Positions 1 through 9,310 of a DNA stretch of 59,096 nt are shown here, one piece after another (the stretch's first letter is position 1; the number at the start of each line of letters is the position of its first letter). The stretch comes from Candidatus Dojkabacteria bacterium (GTDB taxonomy: Bacteria; Patescibacteriota; Dojkabacteria; SC72). The notes below the pieces were generated by a model, which did not search any database, had not been told where the DNA came from, and saw only the letters and a list, made by a program, of their open reading frames with translations. The DNA lies in assembly GCA_035370405.1 (NCBI GenBank), contig DAOOVT010000002.1, positions 1-59,096 on the forward strand, written 5' to 3'. Made by a program: the position numbers and the translations under genes.

Positions 1-1
1 G

Positions 2-73
2 CTCCGCGACCAGGACTCGAACCTGGAACCGAACGGTTAACAGCCGTTTGCTCTACCATTGAGCTATCGCGGA
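2..73 (-). tRNA. tRNA-Asn (anticodon GTT)
   Basis: The reverse complement folds as a cloverleaf. Acceptor TCCGCGA/TCGCGGA, D stem GCTC/GAGC, anticodon stem AACGG/CCGTT with loop CTGTTAA, T arm CCAGG-TTCGAGT-CCTGG, discriminator G. The 3' end abuts the window edge. Confidence 0.9.
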
Positions 74-176
74 TTATCAATGTACACTTTGCTATTATAT
101 CCACTCACCTATATTTGTGCAACACACAATATTTGTATATTATATACTTAGTATATTTAACTTAATCCTAAGAAAT

Positions 177-746
177 ATGCTAGACAACAGAATTAAAATA
201 TCCTTCATAGGTATGGAGCCTACAGAGGCTCTTAAGTCATATGTTAAAGAAAAAATATCTAAATATGAGAATCTCCTTGAAGATGCAACTTCAATAGAAG
301 TATTTTTGAAAGAAAGCAAATCCAATAGAGGAGTTAACGAAGATTTTAGAATAGATATAAATGTAAGCCTTCCAGAGACTAGAATACGTGTCGAGCAAAG
401 AGGTGAAAATATGTATGCAAATATAGATGAAGCATCAGACGTACTAAATAGAAGATTAACTAGATACAACGAAATGAAGGACCATTGGAGTGGAAAAAGT
501 CCTTGGAAAGTTGATATGAACATGGAAAATGATGAAGAAGCAGATACTAATGTAATATATATTCCCAAGATATCGAAAAGAAAAACAATGGATGATATGA
601 CACCATTAGAAGAAGCAGAGGCCATAGAAAGGATGGAAATGGCGGGCTATGACCAGTATTTATTCAAGAACAAAAGTACAAACAAAATTAGTATGATTTA
701 CAGACGAATAGATGGAGGTTATGGTCTTGTAGAACCAAAAGATTAG
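177..746 (+). CDS. hpf: Ribosome hibernation promoting factor, long form (S30AE/RaiA family)
   Basis: ORF 117..746; the most plausible ATG is at 177 (MLDNRIKISF...). It has an N-terminal RaiA-like domain and a C-terminal dimerisation domain (...PLEEAEAIERMEMAGYDQYLFKNKSTNKISMIYRRIDGGYGLVEP) typical of long HPF. Confidence 0.88.
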   Translation: MLDNRIKISFIGMEPTEALKSYVKEKISKYENLLEDATSIEVFLKESKSNRGVNEDFRIDINVSLPETRIRVEQRGENMYANIDEASDVLNRRLTRYNEMKDHWSGKSPWKVDMNMENDEEADTNVIYIPKISKRKTMDDMTPLEEAEAIERMEMAGYDQYLFKNKSTNKISMIYRRIDGGYGLVEPKD

Positions 747-751
747 ATTAC

Positions 752-780
752 AACAAAAAACCTCGCATTTAGCGAGGTTT
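752..780. terminator. Bidirectional intrinsic terminator hairpin between convergent hpf and the SurA-like gene
   Basis: Stem AAACCTCGC (758-766) / GCGAGGTTT (772-780) with loop ATTTA. An A-run lies upstream on the + strand, giving a T-run after the hairpin on the - strand, and TTT follows on the + strand. Confidence 0.7.
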
Positions 781-806
781 CTGTTCAATAGCGCAGTTAA
801 AATTCC

Positions 807-1655
807 TTACTTCTTGATATTATCAATAAATTCGTTAACCAAGTTAATGGTTGTAGTCAAAAATCCATACTTTGGAGGATTTGACGCATTATCAATAATA
901 TTATACTCGCCCTGCTTCTGAGTTAACCAATCCTGTGAACTAGAATCAACTATCTGCCTCTTATACCAATCTGTTGTCTGATCCTTGTATTTCTCAAAAT
1001 CTAACTTCTCGCCTTCCTCTAATGCAGCAGCATCATTTGGGAAAAGTACATCACTATATTGATTAAAGAAATTCTTTATATCATCATCTGTATATTGCAA
1101 AGATGGTTCCAAAATCTTCCTTAAAAGAATATCTGTCTTCAATTGATCCTTCAACTGATCCAAGGTGAAATTGTTTGCAGCCAATGTATTCTGAAGAGCC
1201 TCCTCACCACCCATACTCTCTCTGATTCTTTCTAATTCAGTTTCAATATCCTCATCTGTAACTTCCACATTTGCCTTTTTAGCCTCTAGCTCAACTATCT
1301 TATCATTAATCATCTTTGAAGCCATTGCCTTACCATAGTACTGCTCGAGTTGCTTTCTCCATTCTCTTCGTGGAATTCTAGAATCATTTACTATTGCTAT
1401 ACTGTAACTATTATTGTAATACTGAACTCCAAGATCAATTAAAGCTAGTGATGCTATTATTATCACAATGTACTTGATTATTCTAAGTACTGATTTAAAA
1501 CTATATCCTTTAATGGCAGAAACATCAGGTTTATGAAGAGTAACTTTAATTTCTGGTTTCTTAAACCTTTTTGTTTGCTTTTTTTCTTGCTTTGAGGCCT
1601 TTTGATTGGCAGTTTCCTCTTTTATTGGGGCTTTAGTTTTCTTATCTTTACTCAT
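807..1655 (-). CDS. Membrane-anchored SurA N-terminal-domain-like chaperone/foldase-like protein (no PPIase domain seen)
   Basis: Lys-rich N-terminus and one TM helix (YIVIIIASLALIDLGV), followed by a helical region resembling the SurA-N/PrsA chaperone domain (NDKIVELEAKKANVEVTDEDIETELERIRESMGGEEALQNTLAANNFTLDQLKDQLK). I did not recognise a parvulin motif. Confidence 0.5.
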   Translation of the reverse strand: MSKDKKTKAPIKEETANQKASKQEKKQTKRFKKPEIKVTLHKPDVSAIKGYSFKSVLRIIKYIVIIIASLALIDLGVQYYNNSYSIAIVNDSRIPRREWRKQLEQYYGKAMASKMINDKIVELEAKKANVEVTDEDIETELERIRESMGGEEALQNTLAANNFTLDQLKDQLKTDILLRKILEPSLQYTDDDIKNFFNQYSDVLFPNDAAALEEGEKLDFEKYKDQTTDWYKRQIVDSSSQDWLTQKQGEYNIIDNASNPPKYGFLTTTINLVNEFIDNIKK

Positions 1656-1731
1656 TAAGTTAAGTTAATATAAATTTAATAGAGCTAGCTTAGTTTAGCA
1701 GAATATTACGAAATATGAAAGAGATAGTAGA

Positions 1732-3033
1732 TTATTGAATTTTTAGATGCAAATATATTGTTCTATAACCATTATTATGGTCAATTATAACATAACCTTG
1801 TCCACACTCTGAATATCTATAAAGAGTCCCACTAGCAGCAGCAACCACAGCTGCGCCTCCAGTAGAGTAGTAATCTGCACGAACTAAGTCTGTAGCATGA
1901 TAATTATATGGATCTCCCTCGTGAACATTTTGTGTTACGACTACAGACCCTGTTAAAGGCATCAAATATGAACCTGATGATGCAGGTTGTGGAGGTGTTG
2001 TGCCATCCCAATCATATGCTGTTCCAATTCCATTCCATGTTAAAAATCCATTACTCCATATTGGAACATTAGCATAGAAATATTGTCCAGTTTTTGATGC
2101 ACTAATCCCAAAATGTAGATGAGGCCCTGATGAGAATCCACAAGTTCCGACTCCCGAATCAAGATAACCTATCAATCCACCTCTTGGAACTGGTCCTTCA
2201 TTTATCATTTCTCCCATATGCGCATTAATATATTCAAGTATTTTAGCATCTACGGCTGCTTGCTGTGCTCTTTTCTGCACCATCTCAGCGAGTAGTTCTG
2301 CCTGCTTAATTTTTGATTGTGCAAGTAAATTTTCTCTCTCACTCTTTTGAGCATCTAATTCTTTCTGATTCTCTGCAAGCTTAATTTTCTCTTCTTCTGT
2401 ATTATTTCTTTTGATTTGAAGTTTTGCCTTATTCTGTTCTAGTTCCTGCTCCTGTTTCTTTAATTCGGTAGCTTTCTCAGAGTAATTTTGAAGATATTGT
2501 TTATCTTTCTCCCTAGTAGCTGCCAAATACTTTGCTTTTCTTAAAGCAGAGGATATATTTTTCATATCAAGCAAAATCTCAAATGTATCAAGGAAGGAAT
2601 ATTTGTAAGATTCTGATATCCTCTTGTTTACAGATTCAGAAAGTACATCCATCTCCTGTTTTAATATCGAAATATTATCCTCCTTCTCCTTAATATCTTT
2701 CTCTAGTAATTTTATTTCCTTGTCATTTGCAGTTATTTCTACTTGTAGGGATTGAATCACTTTTTCAGATTGTTCAATTTGGTCTTTTAGGTAAGCTATT
2801 TTTTCTTGCAAAGTCAACTGTTGATATTCTTCGTTCTTAAGTTGTTTGCTAATATTATCAACCTCCTGTTTTAGAGATGCAGATTGCTTTCTCAAATATT
2901 CTACGCATTCATATGAATCTGGATCTATATTTGAAGGACACAATGTTTGGGTTTCATCAGCAAATACCACTGATGGGGAAGCAAAAATTAAACTCAGAAA
3001 CAAAATTGTAGATATTATTCTCTTTTTTGTCAT
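1732..3033 (-). CDS. M23 family metallopeptidase with long N-terminal coiled coil (EnvC-like murein hydrolase/activator)
   Basis: Signal peptide, ~230 aa of heptad-rich coiled coil, then C-terminal M23 motifs (GPHLHFG, HATD, IIDHNNGYRTIYLHL). Sits directly downstream of ftsX. Confidence 0.85.
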   Translation of the reverse strand: MTKKRIISTILFLSLIFASPSVVFADETQTLCPSNIDPDSYECVEYLRKQSASLKQEVDNISKQLKNEEYQQLTLQEKIAYLKDQIEQSEKVIQSLQVEITANDKEIKLLEKDIKEKEDNISILKQEMDVLSESVNKRISESYKYSFLDTFEILLDMKNISSALRKAKYLAATREKDKQYLQNYSEKATELKKQEQELEQNKAKLQIKRNNTEEEKIKLAENQKELDAQKSERENLLAQSKIKQAELLAEMVQKRAQQAAVDAKILEYINAHMGEMINEGPVPRGGLIGYLDSGVGTCGFSSGPHLHFGISASKTGQYFYANVPIWSNGFLTWNGIGTAYDWDGTTPPQPASSGSYLMPLTGSVVVTQNVHEGDPYNYHATDLVRADYYSTGGAAVVAAASGTLYRYSECGQGYVIIDHNNGYRTIYLHLKIQ

Positions 3034-3036
3034 ATT

Positions 3037-3957
3037 CTAATCTAAATATTTTCTTACAGCACTAAGACTACTAATTACTCCTATGATACCGCCTACGATT
3101 ATATGAATTGCATAGTATATTAGTAAGAATAACAAATCAGCTCTCATTAAAAAGTCTAAATCAAAACTTTTAAGAGTTTCGGTTATGAAAACAGCAAAAT
3201 CTGTCCCTTCTGTGTAGTGCATCAAAATATACCAAGGAATCATTATGAGTGAAGCACCTATTATTCCTCCTACTATTCCGTAGAATAGCCCTTCCAATAT
3301 GAAAGGAAGTTTGATAAAGCTATTAGAACCTCCAACTAGATTCATTATTCGAATTTCCTCTTTGTGGGAATTTATATTGAAACCAATAGTTATTCTAATA
3401 AGGAAGAATGTTATTACAACTAGAACAACTATTAGTACGACTGAGCTAATATTTATTATCTTAGATAGGGATTTCAAATTATCAACAACATCTTCAAAAT
3501 ACATAACTTCATCTATTGCTGGATTAGTTTCCTTTTCCGTATTTATCTTCTCTATTATCTGCAGAAGAGAATCAACAGATTTTGCTCGTATTTCTAAGCT
3601 AGGAGGTAACGAATCTGCTGTAACCGTTGACAGTAGGTCTGGATTATCAGCAAAATCCTCTTTATATATTTCTAGTGCCTTTTCTTGAGATATATAGTCT
3701 ATGCTTTCTACAAGATTTTCATCATATATTTTGTCTCTAAACAGCATGATGTATGATTCTTCAGTGTCTTTCTTGAAGAAAACTATCACTTGAGCTTTCT
3801 TTTCATAATACTGGACTCCTTTTTTGGCAATAATGGCCATGCTTATGAAAAGAGATGAAATTGCTATTACGATAGAGGTTACAAGTATAGTAGAAACAGA
3901 AAGCCATTTGTTTCTTTTGATATTCTTTTTTGTATTACTAATTATTTTGTTGCTCAT
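3037..3957 (-). CDS. ftsX: Cell division permease FtsX
   Basis: Four-TM topology with a large first extracytoplasmic loop and a C-terminal FtsX-type permease region (MNLVGGSNSFIKLPFILEG). Overlaps the ftsE stop by 20 nt. Confidence 0.88.
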   Translation of the reverse strand: MSNKIISNTKKNIKRNKWLSVSTILVTSIVIAISSLFISMAIIAKKGVQYYEKKAQVIVFFKKDTEESYIMLFRDKIYDENLVESIDYISQEKALEIYKEDFADNPDLLSTVTADSLPPSLEIRAKSVDSLLQIIEKINTEKETNPAIDEVMYFEDVVDNLKSLSKIINISSVVLIVVLVVITFFLIRITIGFNINSHKEEIRIMNLVGGSNSFIKLPFILEGLFYGIVGGIIGASLIMIPWYILMHYTEGTDFAVFITETLKSFDLDFLMRADLLFLLIYYAIHIIVGGIIGVISSLSAVRKYLD

Positions 3958-4936
3958 TATTGTTTTTTATAGAATTATTTAATAAATAATTTCTTACAAA
4001 ATCTTCTAGTTTTTTCTCTTCTTTATTATTGAAATTCATATTTTTCAAATCATCTTCTGTGAGTTTTAATATCATGTCTATATTAATAATCCCATTCTGA
4101 AGCAATTTTTTTAGAACTTTTCTGTCTAAGTTTTTGATACTATCATCTGGGGTAGGGGGTTCTTTCTCTAGAGTCTTTGGCTTGGGTGTTTTCTGAATAT
4201 TTTCATCAGTTTTTACTTCGTCATTTGTATGAATTACGGAAGGCTTCTTTGGCTTCTTTATGGTGTCATAATCGCCCTTATTATCTGAAATAACTTTACC
4301 ATTTTCTATACGTATGACTCTTGTTTTCATAAAATCAACAATTTCTTTATCATGGCTTATGACCATAACTGTAGTTCCACTTTTGTTTATATTTCTTAAT
4401 ATTTCCAGTATTTGAAATGAATTATCTGGATCGAGATTCCCAGTTGGTTCATCTGCAATCAATAAATCAGGATCGCTTGCTAATGCCCTAGCTATGGCTC
4501 CTCTTTGTTGTTCCCCTCCTGATAGTTGAACAGGAAAAAGAGATCTTCTGTTTTCTAGCTTAACTAAATTAAGTAAATAGCTTGTAGTTTCCTTTATCTC
4601 TTTGTCTGGTTTTCCTAGAATTTCAAGTGCAAAAGCGACATTTTCTTCTAGAGTCTTACTTGGTAATAGCTTTATATCTTGAAATACAACACCTAATCGT
4701 TGCCTGTATTTTGGTATTAATGGTTTTGGAAGTTTTGTAATTTCAACATCTTCAAAAAAGATTGATCCAGCTGTAGGAAGTTCTTCCCTTATTAACAGTT
4801 TAAGTAATGTAGTTTTTCCTGCCCCTGATGGTCCAACTAAGAAAGAGAATTCCCCAGTATCAATATTGAAAGTTACATCCTCTAGGGCTGTAATATCTGG
4901 AGTATATTTTTTTGTAACATTCTCAAATAACAACAT
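3938..4936 (-). CDS. ftsE: Cell division ATP-binding protein FtsE with ~110-aa C-terminal extension
   Basis: Walker A GPSGAGKTT, signature LSGGEQQR, Walker B LLIADEPTGNLD, H-loop ISHD. The ABC domain ends near residue 220. It is followed by a Lys/Pro-rich linker and a helical domain. Confidence 0.9.
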   Translation of the reverse strand: MLLFENVTKKYTPDITALEDVTFNIDTGEFSFLVGPSGAGKTTLLKLLIREELPTAGSIFFEDVEITKLPKPLIPKYRQRLGVVFQDIKLLPSKTLEENVAFALEILGKPDKEIKETTSYLLNLVKLENRRSLFPVQLSGGEQQRGAIARALASDPDLLIADEPTGNLDPDNSFQILEILRNINKSGTTVMVISHDKEIVDFMKTRVIRIENGKVISDNKGDYDTIKKPKKPSVIHTNDEVKTDENIQKTPKPKTLEKEPPTPDDSIKNLDRKVLKKLLQNGIINIDMILKLTEDDLKNMNFNNKEEKKLEDFVRNYLLNNSIKNNNEQQNN

Positions 4937-4975
4937 GGCAGTTTCAGATAGATTAAGTATACACTTCTTGTTATG

Positions 4976-6079
4976 TTACTTCATTCTTATTTCTGCTTCA
5001 ACCAGTTCATCTATATTCCCATTTAAAACACTTTCAGGATCATATATTTCTATTCCTGTTCTAAGATCTTTTACCATTTTATATGGGTGAAGTATATAAT
5101 TTCTTATTTGGTTTCCCCATCCTGCAATTTTGTACTCTCCCTTAATATCAGATATTTTTGCCAATTTCTCTTCCTCTTTTATGTGCCATAATTTTGCTTT
5201 AAGTATTTTCATTGCGTTCTCTCTATTTTGAGCTTGGCTCCTTTCTCCAGAAGATTGAACAGTGATATTGGTAGGAATATGGGTTATTTGTACTGCAGAT
5301 GATGTCTTATTTACATTTTGTCCTCCAGGACCTCCTGATTTTACAGCTTTGAAGAGAATATCTTTTTCTGGAATCTCAAGTTCGGGATCTTCATCTTCTA
5401 ACATTGGTAATACTTCTACTCCAGCAAATGTAGTTTGTCTTAAGCCTTGAGAATTAAAAGGAGATATTCTGACTAATCTATGTGTTCCGTGCTCTTTTTT
5501 TAGTATTCCATATGCATATGGCTCATTGATATACATGGTTACACTTTGTAACCCAGTTTCATTTCCTTTTGTTATTTCAGATATTGTATATTCCCAATTC
5601 TGCTTGTCAAAATACATAGTGTACATTCTAAAGAGCATTTCAACCCAATCATTTGATTCTGTTCCTCCCTGTCCAGCATATATGGAAAGTATTGCATGAG
5701 CATTATCATATTGTGCTGAAAGAAATTTTCTTAATTCAAATTTATCTAGTTTTTCTCTTAGAGTAAGGTAATCATCGATAAGGAGGTTTTGTTCTGTTTC
5801 TTTAGTTATCGAATTAAATATATCTGCTAATGTGTGTATATCATTTTCTAGAGTCTGTGCTGTTGAAATTTCATATTGTATATCTGCAATTTCAGCCATA
5901 ATGTGTTTAGCTTCTTTGTTGTTTGACCAGAAATTGGAATCTAATGTTTTGTTTTGTAATTCAGCTAATTTCTGCTTTTTTTGATCAATTTCAAGGCTCT
6001 TTATTGTTTTTTCAATATCTGATTGAAGATCTAAGATATCTTTTTTGCGTAAATCGTTCATATGTAATATATTATACAC
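4976..6079 (-). CDS. prfB: Peptide chain release factor 2
   Basis: SPF tripeptide (RISPFNSQG) and GGQ motif (SGGPGGQNVNKTSSAV). Encoded in a single uninterrupted frame. An alternative ATG lies at 6061. Confidence 0.93.
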   Translation of the reverse strand: MYNILHMNDLRKKDILDLQSDIEKTIKSLEIDQKKQKLAELQNKTLDSNFWSNNKEAKHIMAEIADIQYEISTAQTLENDIHTLADIFNSITKETEQNLLIDDYLTLREKLDKFELRKFLSAQYDNAHAILSIYAGQGGTESNDWVEMLFRMYTMYFDKQNWEYTISEITKGNETGLQSVTMYINEPYAYGILKKEHGTHRLVRISPFNSQGLRQTTFAGVEVLPMLEDEDPELEIPEKDILFKAVKSGGPGGQNVNKTSSAVQITHIPTNITVQSSGERSQAQNRENAMKILKAKLWHIKEEEKLAKISDIKGEYKIAGWGNQIRNYILHPYKMVKDLRTGIEIYDPESVLNGNIDELVEAEIRMK

Positions 6080-6119
6080 GAGTTTTGTCTGATGAGATTT
6101 TAATTCAATATCCTTTAGT

Positions 6120-7790
6120 ATGTTTGATTTCCTAAAAAAAGAAGAAGAGGCGAATAATACACTTGCACATCCTCAGTTTGGGGATAAAGTATTTCAAAAT
6201 CGTAATTTTGTGACATTAATAGTGCTAGATGGATTTGGAGTATTTCCAGATGCAGAAGGTAATGCTGTTTGGGGAGCAAAAACTCCATTTTTGGATACAG
6301 CGTGGACTTTTGGAAGATCTACACTGATTCATGCTGCTGGGACACATGTGGGACTTCCAAATGAGGAAGCAGGGAACTCTGAGGTAGGCCATCTTAATAT
6401 TGGTGCTGGACAGGTAGTGTATCAGTCTCTTCCTAGAATAAATGATGCCATAAGTGGTAATGAGCTGAGTAATAATCAGGTAATTCGTGAGATATTTGAA
6501 CATGTTAAGAAGAACAAGAGTGATTTACATTTAACTGGAGTATTGAGTGCAGCTGGAGTTCATGGTCATATCAAGCATCTTTTTTCTTTGATGGAGATAT
6601 GTAAAGTAAATGGTGTTAACCCATATATACATATTATGCTTGATGGTAGAGATACAGGTCCCATGGATGGATATTTGTATGTAAGTAAATTGAAAGAGAA
6701 AATAAATGAGCTTGGGATTGGAAGGATTGCATCTATGATGGGAAGGTTTTACGGAATGGATAGAGATTCTAGATGGGAAAGAACTAAGTTAGCATATGAG
6801 GCAATGGTTGGAGTATCAGAAGATACATTTACTGATCCAATTGATGCGATTCAAAAAGCATATAAGGTGGGAGAATATGATCAATTCTTCAAACCAAGAG
6901 TATGTGTTGGAGGCGATGGTAAACCTGTTGGAGTTGTAAAAAATGGAGATGCTGTATTGTTTTGGAACTTTCGTGAAGATAGAGCGAGACAATTAACAAA
7001 AGTTTTTGTAGTTGATGATTTTACCCCTTTTCAAAGGATTAATTATCCGAAAAATGTGTATTTTGCTACTATGACTGGTTATGAAGAAGGTCTTCCAGCC
7101 CATGTTTTATTTCCTCCTTTAGAAGTTAAGCAATCCTTGTCAGAGTATCTTTCTTCAAATGGGAAGAGGCAGATTCATCTATCTGAAACTGAGAAATATA
7201 TGCATGTTACATACTTTTTTAATGGTGGTATTGAGAATCCTCATCCAGGAGAAATATTTTTTAATATTCCATCTCCAAGAGTTGATGATTATTCATTGAC
7301 TCCAGCCATGAGTGCAGAGCTTATTCGTGATGAAACGGTCAGAAGGATAAAAGATATTAAGAATAATCCTCTTGAATTTATACTTCTTAATTTTGCTAAT
7401 CCAGATATGCTTGGACATACCGGAAACTATGCCGCAACAGTAAGAGGAAATGAAATTACTGATGCTTGTTGTTTTGATGTAGCCAAGGCAACTTTAGAGG
7501 CTGGTGGAGCTGTAATAATAACAGCAGACCATGGAAATTGCGAAACTATGATTAATAGGGTTACAAAAGAAATAGATATAGCTCATACAAATAATCCAGT
7601 GCCAATGACAGTACTTACTAATATTGAAGAAATTAGAGGAAAGGCTGGTATTCCAGTAAGGAAGATAGGTACAGGGGAGAGAGCCAAAACGACTGGTCTT
7701 TTAGCGGATGTGGCTCCTACCGTGCTTGGATTACTAAATATGGATATACCAGCAAGTATGACTGGAGTAGATCTTCGTTCGATTATCTAG
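6120..7790 (+). CDS. gpmI: 2,3-bisphosphoglycerate-independent phosphoglycerate mutase (copy 1, 556 aa)
   Basis: iPGM motifs are present: LDGFG, GNSEVGHLNIGAG (catalytic Ser), DGRDT, NPDMLGHTG, TADHGN. It has a ~30-aa N-terminal extension relative to copy 2. Confidence 0.9.
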   Translation: MFDFLKKEEEANNTLAHPQFGDKVFQNRNFVTLIVLDGFGVFPDAEGNAVWGAKTPFLDTAWTFGRSTLIHAAGTHVGLPNEEAGNSEVGHLNIGAGQVVYQSLPRINDAISGNELSNNQVIREIFEHVKKNKSDLHLTGVLSAAGVHGHIKHLFSLMEICKVNGVNPYIHIMLDGRDTGPMDGYLYVSKLKEKINELGIGRIASMMGRFYGMDRDSRWERTKLAYEAMVGVSEDTFTDPIDAIQKAYKVGEYDQFFKPRVCVGGDGKPVGVVKNGDAVLFWNFREDRARQLTKVFVVDDFTPFQRINYPKNVYFATMTGYEEGLPAHVLFPPLEVKQSLSEYLSSNGKRQIHLSETEKYMHVTYFFNGGIENPHPGEIFFNIPSPRVDDYSLTPAMSAELIRDETVRRIKDIKNNPLEFILLNFANPDMLGHTGNYAATVRGNEITDACCFDVAKATLEAGGAVIITADHGNCETMINRVTKEIDIAHTNNPVPMTVLTNIEEIRGKAGIPVRKIGTGERAKTTGLLADVAPTVLGLLNMDIPASMTGVDLRSII

Positions 7791-7793
7791 TGT

Positions 7794-8555
7794 TTACAAA
7801 GCAAAAAGCAAAATAACTACACCGAGTAATATTCTGTAAATACCAAATACGGTAAGCCAATTCTTTTTACTATTTCTATCTATTATTCTCAAGCAAAGGT
7901 AGCCAATTGTAAATGTAATTGCTAAAACAAGTATAGAATCCATCGACCCTAATATCGGTTTAGAATCTGAGAAATCAAGAACAGCACCCCCAAGCATAAC
8001 TGGTAAACCTACCATAAGTGAATATTTTAGTGCGGTATATTTATCTATCCCCAAAAATATCCCTGCAATAGTACAGATGCCAGATCTAGAAGTTCCGGGA
8101 ATGAGTGCAATAGCCTGTGCGAATCCGATAATAATTGATTGTTTCCATGTAATACCACTAAGATCCTTTACTTGTGAATGAGTGTATTTTTTTTCTGTAA
8201 ATATCATGACCATTCCCCAGACAATTAAGGAAACAGCAGTAATCCATGATGCACGGAGCTTTTCTGATATGATTGAATCAAATAGAATTCCTAGTACTCC
8301 TGCAGGAATTGATGAAATGGCTATTTTAAAAAATAATGACCACTTTTCTTTTGAAAAGAAATTATGAAAAATCTCTTTCGAAAAAAATATTAATATTGCT
8401 AAAGTTGTTCCAAGATGAAAAAATATCAAAAGAGATGAAGACATACTAATATCTAAAAGTCTTCCTAGTAGAAGTAGATGTGCAGAGCTTGAGATTGGAA
8501 GTAGTTCTGTAATCCCTTGTACTATGCTCATGATGACTAACTTTAAAGTTTCCAT
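7794..8555 (-). CDS. uppP: Undecaprenyl-diphosphate phosphatase (BacA/UppP)
   Basis: Polytopic membrane protein with the BacA motifs ELLPISSSAHL and PGTSRSG. Confidence 0.9.
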   Translation of the reverse strand: METLKLVIMSIVQGITELLPISSSAHLLLLGRLLDISMSSSLLIFFHLGTTLAILIFFSKEIFHNFFSKEKWSLFFKIAISSIPAGVLGILFDSIISEKLRASWITAVSLIVWGMVMIFTEKKYTHSQVKDLSGITWKQSIIIGFAQAIALIPGTSRSGICTIAGIFLGIDKYTALKYSLMVGLPVMLGGAVLDFSDSKPILGSMDSILVLAITFTIGYLCLRIIDRNSKKNWLTVFGIYRILLGVVILLFAL

Positions 8556-8584
8556 ATAATCTGGTATTCTGAATTGAATATATT

Positions 8585-9310
8585 ATGGTAATATTAAATA
8601 GAATGAGAGTCAAAGATTGTATAAAAATCCTTACTACCTTACTTGTGTGTGTATTTGTACCTGCTGAAAAAGCATTTGCATCTTCTCCGTCTTTTTCATT
8701 GTATCCAAATGGAGGAATTGTTGTTAATGGGGCAGATGGATTTGTAGTAGATGTTTTAATTGATACAGGAGGGAAGAAAATAGTTTCTGCAAAGTTTACA
8801 TTGCTTTTTGATCCTAGTGAGCTTCAATTAACAAAAGTTGAGAGAAATAATTCATTGTTTGCTCAATGGCCTGATGATGAGAGTACAGTAGATAATGATA
8901 ATGGTGTTGTTATGCTTGATGGATTCAGTCAGAGTGGTAGTGGAGATGAATATATTACAGAAGGAGAGCCTGATATATTTGCAAGACTTCATTTTAAGGC
9001 ATTAAAAAAAGCTGATGCAGTGCTAGATTGGGAGTACAATACAAATAATGGAATATTTGAGACCGTAATGATTCTCGATGGGAGTCCTGCTAATCAAAAT
9101 ATTTTAACTACAAAACCTAGTAGTGCGATATTTAGAATAGGGACAGTATATACAGGTTCATTATCAAATACTGGTATTCCATTGAATAGGTATGTATTGT
9201 TTACAGGTGTAGTCTTAATCCTTTTCGGAGGCTTTATGGTATTTACTAGGCCAAGATCACTAGGTAGGAAAAAAGGAACAGTTGTCATGTATGAAGGAAA
9301 GAAAAAATAA
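8585..9310 (+). CDS. Secreted cohesin-domain-like surface protein with C-terminal sorting-signal-like anchor
   Basis: Signal peptide and a cohesin-like beta region (FSLYPNGG...FVVDVLIDTGGKKIVSAKFTLLFDPSELQL). The C-terminus is LSNTG, then a hydrophobic helix, then a basic tail (RPRSLGRKK). Confidence 0.55.
   Translation: MVILNRMRVKDCIKILTTLLVCVFVPAEKAFASSPSFSLYPNGGIVVNGADGFVVDVLIDTGGKKIVSAKFTLLFDPSELQLTKVERNNSLFAQWPDDESTVDNDNGVVMLDGFSQSGSGDEYITEGEPDIFARLHFKALKKADAVLDWEYNTNNGIFETVMILDGSPANQNILTTKPSSAIFRIGTVYTGSLSNTGIPLNRYVLFTGVVLILFGGFMVFTRPRSLGRKKGTVVMYEGKKK

Noticed and set aside
140-625. Long antisense shadow ORFs inside confident genes: 140..625, 3299..3688, 13381..13788, 18082..18501, 22023..22403, 27380..27772, 40499..40918 and 46988..47407.
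   Set aside because: Each lies fully within a strongly supported gene on the opposite strand. Their composition is low-complexity and Ser/Leu/Ile/Phe-rich, as expected from antisense reading of AT-rich coding DNA.
4976-6079. Looked for the programmed +1 frameshift site (CTT TGA C) typical of prfB.
   Set aside because: RF2 is encoded in one continuous frame from the N-terminus through the SPF and GGQ motifs. No in-frame TGA is present, so there is no frameshift here.
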